24,629 bases of DNA from a virus (taxonomy: Duplodnaviria > Caudoviricetes): the IMG/VR virus record IMGVR_UViG_3300010381_000016, positions 1 through 24,629 of that record. One strand, given 5' to 3'. A program made the translations under genes and the position numbers. The notes beneath the pieces are model-generated. The model had not been told where the DNA came from and did not search any database. It saw only the letters and a program-made list of their open reading frames with translations. Shown here piece by piece: positions 23,142 to 24,629 of the stretch (position 1 is its first letter; each line of letters opens with the position of its first letter).

Positions 23142-24629
23142 ATGAAAGCCGCACTTTACGTCCGTGTATCAACTGTAGAGCAAGCACAAGAGGGATATTC
23201 CATTCCTGCGCAAATTTCCTTGTTAAATGACTATGCTAAGACATTTGATTACGATGTATATAAAATTTATCAAGATGCTGGAATAAGCGGCAAAAATATC
23301 AAAGATCGTCCTGCGTTAAATGATCTGCTCAAGGATGCGAAAAATAAAAAGTTTGATATAGTCATAGTCTGGAAACTCTCCAGGTTAAGTAGAAGTCTTG
23401 TAGATTTGCTGTCAATGGTAGATATTTTTACTCAGCACGGAGTATCATTTCAAAGCTATTCTGAAAAATTTGACACATCAACACCAATCGGTAAAATGCT
23501 TCTACAGCTATTAGGCTCCATTGCGGAATTTGAGAGAAACACCATTGCTGAAAACGTTAAAATGGGATTGAATGAAAGATTTAAACAGGGATACTCAAAG
23601 GGTGCCATTCCCTTTGGATATAAACACGAAAATAAACAGGCCGTAATAAACCCTGAGCAAGCTGAAATTGTACGATATATATTCAGTACATACCTCAATA
23701 GCCCCGATGGCAACTGCCTTACTGCGTTGGCAGAAGAAATGAACGCTAAAGGCTTCCGTACCCGCACAGGCGGTCTATGGTCACGGAATGTTGTTAAAGA
23801 TATGCTGATCAATCATTTTTACGCTGGATATGTAAGAACCGGCATACACTGTCACGGAAGACAGTTCAAAAATGCCACAGTATTAAAAGGTAGCCACGAG
23901 GCCATTATCGATGAAGAAACATTTAAGAGGGTAAATGAGAAGCTTATTTCTAAAAAGCAAGAGAAAGTTGTAAGATGCCCGGATAATGGGAGCATATTAA
24001 CCGGCCTTATTGTTTGCCCTTTATGCGGCGCCAAAATGTTTGCTCTGAACACGTATAACCATCATAAAAAGAAAGATGGTACAGTATCCGGATATCCTAT
24101 TAGAATGTATAGATGTAACAATAAGGATAAGGGCAAGGGGATATGTAAAGGAATTTACATCTCTGCAAATAAAATCGAGGATCCTTTTATTCAAATGCTT
24201 AAAGATTCCGTTTCCGGAAACGATATAAACGACGTAGCAAATCTGTCGAAGCCGGACGCAGACAACAAACGTCTTGATGATATTGATAGTAAATTGAAAC
24301 AATTAAACTCTATAAAGAATAAATACTTTAGCCTGTTTGAGACAGGGAAGGTGGATCCTTCAAAATTTGCCGAAAAAATCAATGATATATTAGAAAAAAT
24401 AGAAACACTGGAAAGAGAAAAAGAGTCGTTAGTGATCAACAGATCTGCAAGTGTTGACCCCTCCGAAATAACGAAAAACATCAAAGATTTTATTTCTTAT
24501 TTCGATATGCTCTCAAATCCCGAGAAAAAAGCTCTCATAAGATGTTTTGTTCAAGAAATAGTCATTACAAAAAACAAGACGATAGATTATGTGTTGTTCA
24601 AATCAGGGCAAAAATGTTACTATCGTTAA
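23142..24629 (+). CDS. Large serine recombinase (prophage integrase)
   Basis: ALYVRVST..Q, D.G.SG, SRLSR, recombinase domain (PFGY, HEAIID), zinc ribbon CPLCG...YRC, coiled coil. Confidence 0.96.
   Translation: MKAALYVRVSTVEQAQEGYSIPAQISLLNDYAKTFDYDVYKIYQDAGISGKNIKDRPALNDLLKDAKNKKFDIVIVWKLSRLSRSLVDLLSMVDIFTQHGVSFQSYSEKFDTSTPIGKMLLQLLGSIAEFERNTIAENVKMGLNERFKQGYSKGAIPFGYKHENKQAVINPEQAEIVRYIFSTYLNSPDGNCLTALAEEMNAKGFRTRTGGLWSRNVVKDMLINHFYAGYVRTGIHCHGRQFKNATVLKGSHEAIIDEETFKRVNEKLISKKQEKVVRCPDNGSILTGLIVCPLCGAKMFALNTYNHHKKKDGTVSGYPIRMYRCNNKDKGKGICKGIYISANKIEDPFIQMLKDSVSGNDINDVANLSKPDADNKRLDDIDSKLKQLNSIKNKYFSLFETGKVDPSKFAEKINDILEKIETLEREKESLVINRSASVDPSEITKNIKDFISYFDMLSNPEKKALIRCFVQEIVITKNKTIDYVLFKSGQKCYYR

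Larger units (their letters stand above)
1..24629. mobile_element. Temperate phage/prophage segment (lysogeny, recombination/replication and accessory modules up to start of packaging module)
   Basis: Canonical order: integrase, repressor/cro, antirepressors, RecT, replication initiator/loader, RecU, terminase-small-like gene. att site and structural genes lie outside the window. Confidence 0.95.

Overview
The window is the integrase-proximal arm of a temperate phage/prophage, most likely of a Clostridia-type (Bacillota) host (inferred from gene families, strong SD sequences and sigma-A promoters). From right to left: large serine integrase, CI-like repressor and divergent Cro-like genes with palindromic operators; two AntA-type antirepressors; a radical SAM gene; an aberrant tRNA-like gene; RecT with a DUF3799 nuclease; replication initiator and helicase loader; accessory genes (truncated DNA methylase, 3D-domain protein, PAPS-reductase-like protein, HNH, second radical SAM, RecU); then a metallopeptidase and a probable terminase small subunit. 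The standout is a ~4 kb + strand cassette (1323-5297) running against the phage genes. It holds an RHH regulator, about ten small unknown ORFs and a serine resolvase, and nearly every intergenic gap contains a structured RNA. By manual folding these are two twister ribozymes (P1 and P5 permutations), a pistol, a type II hammerhead, a twister-sister-like RNA and 2-3 compact pseudoknots. The pistol has a second, equally well-paired substrate site on the other side of its upstream ORF. All RNA and protein family calls were made by eye from remembered consensus patterns; no searches were run.
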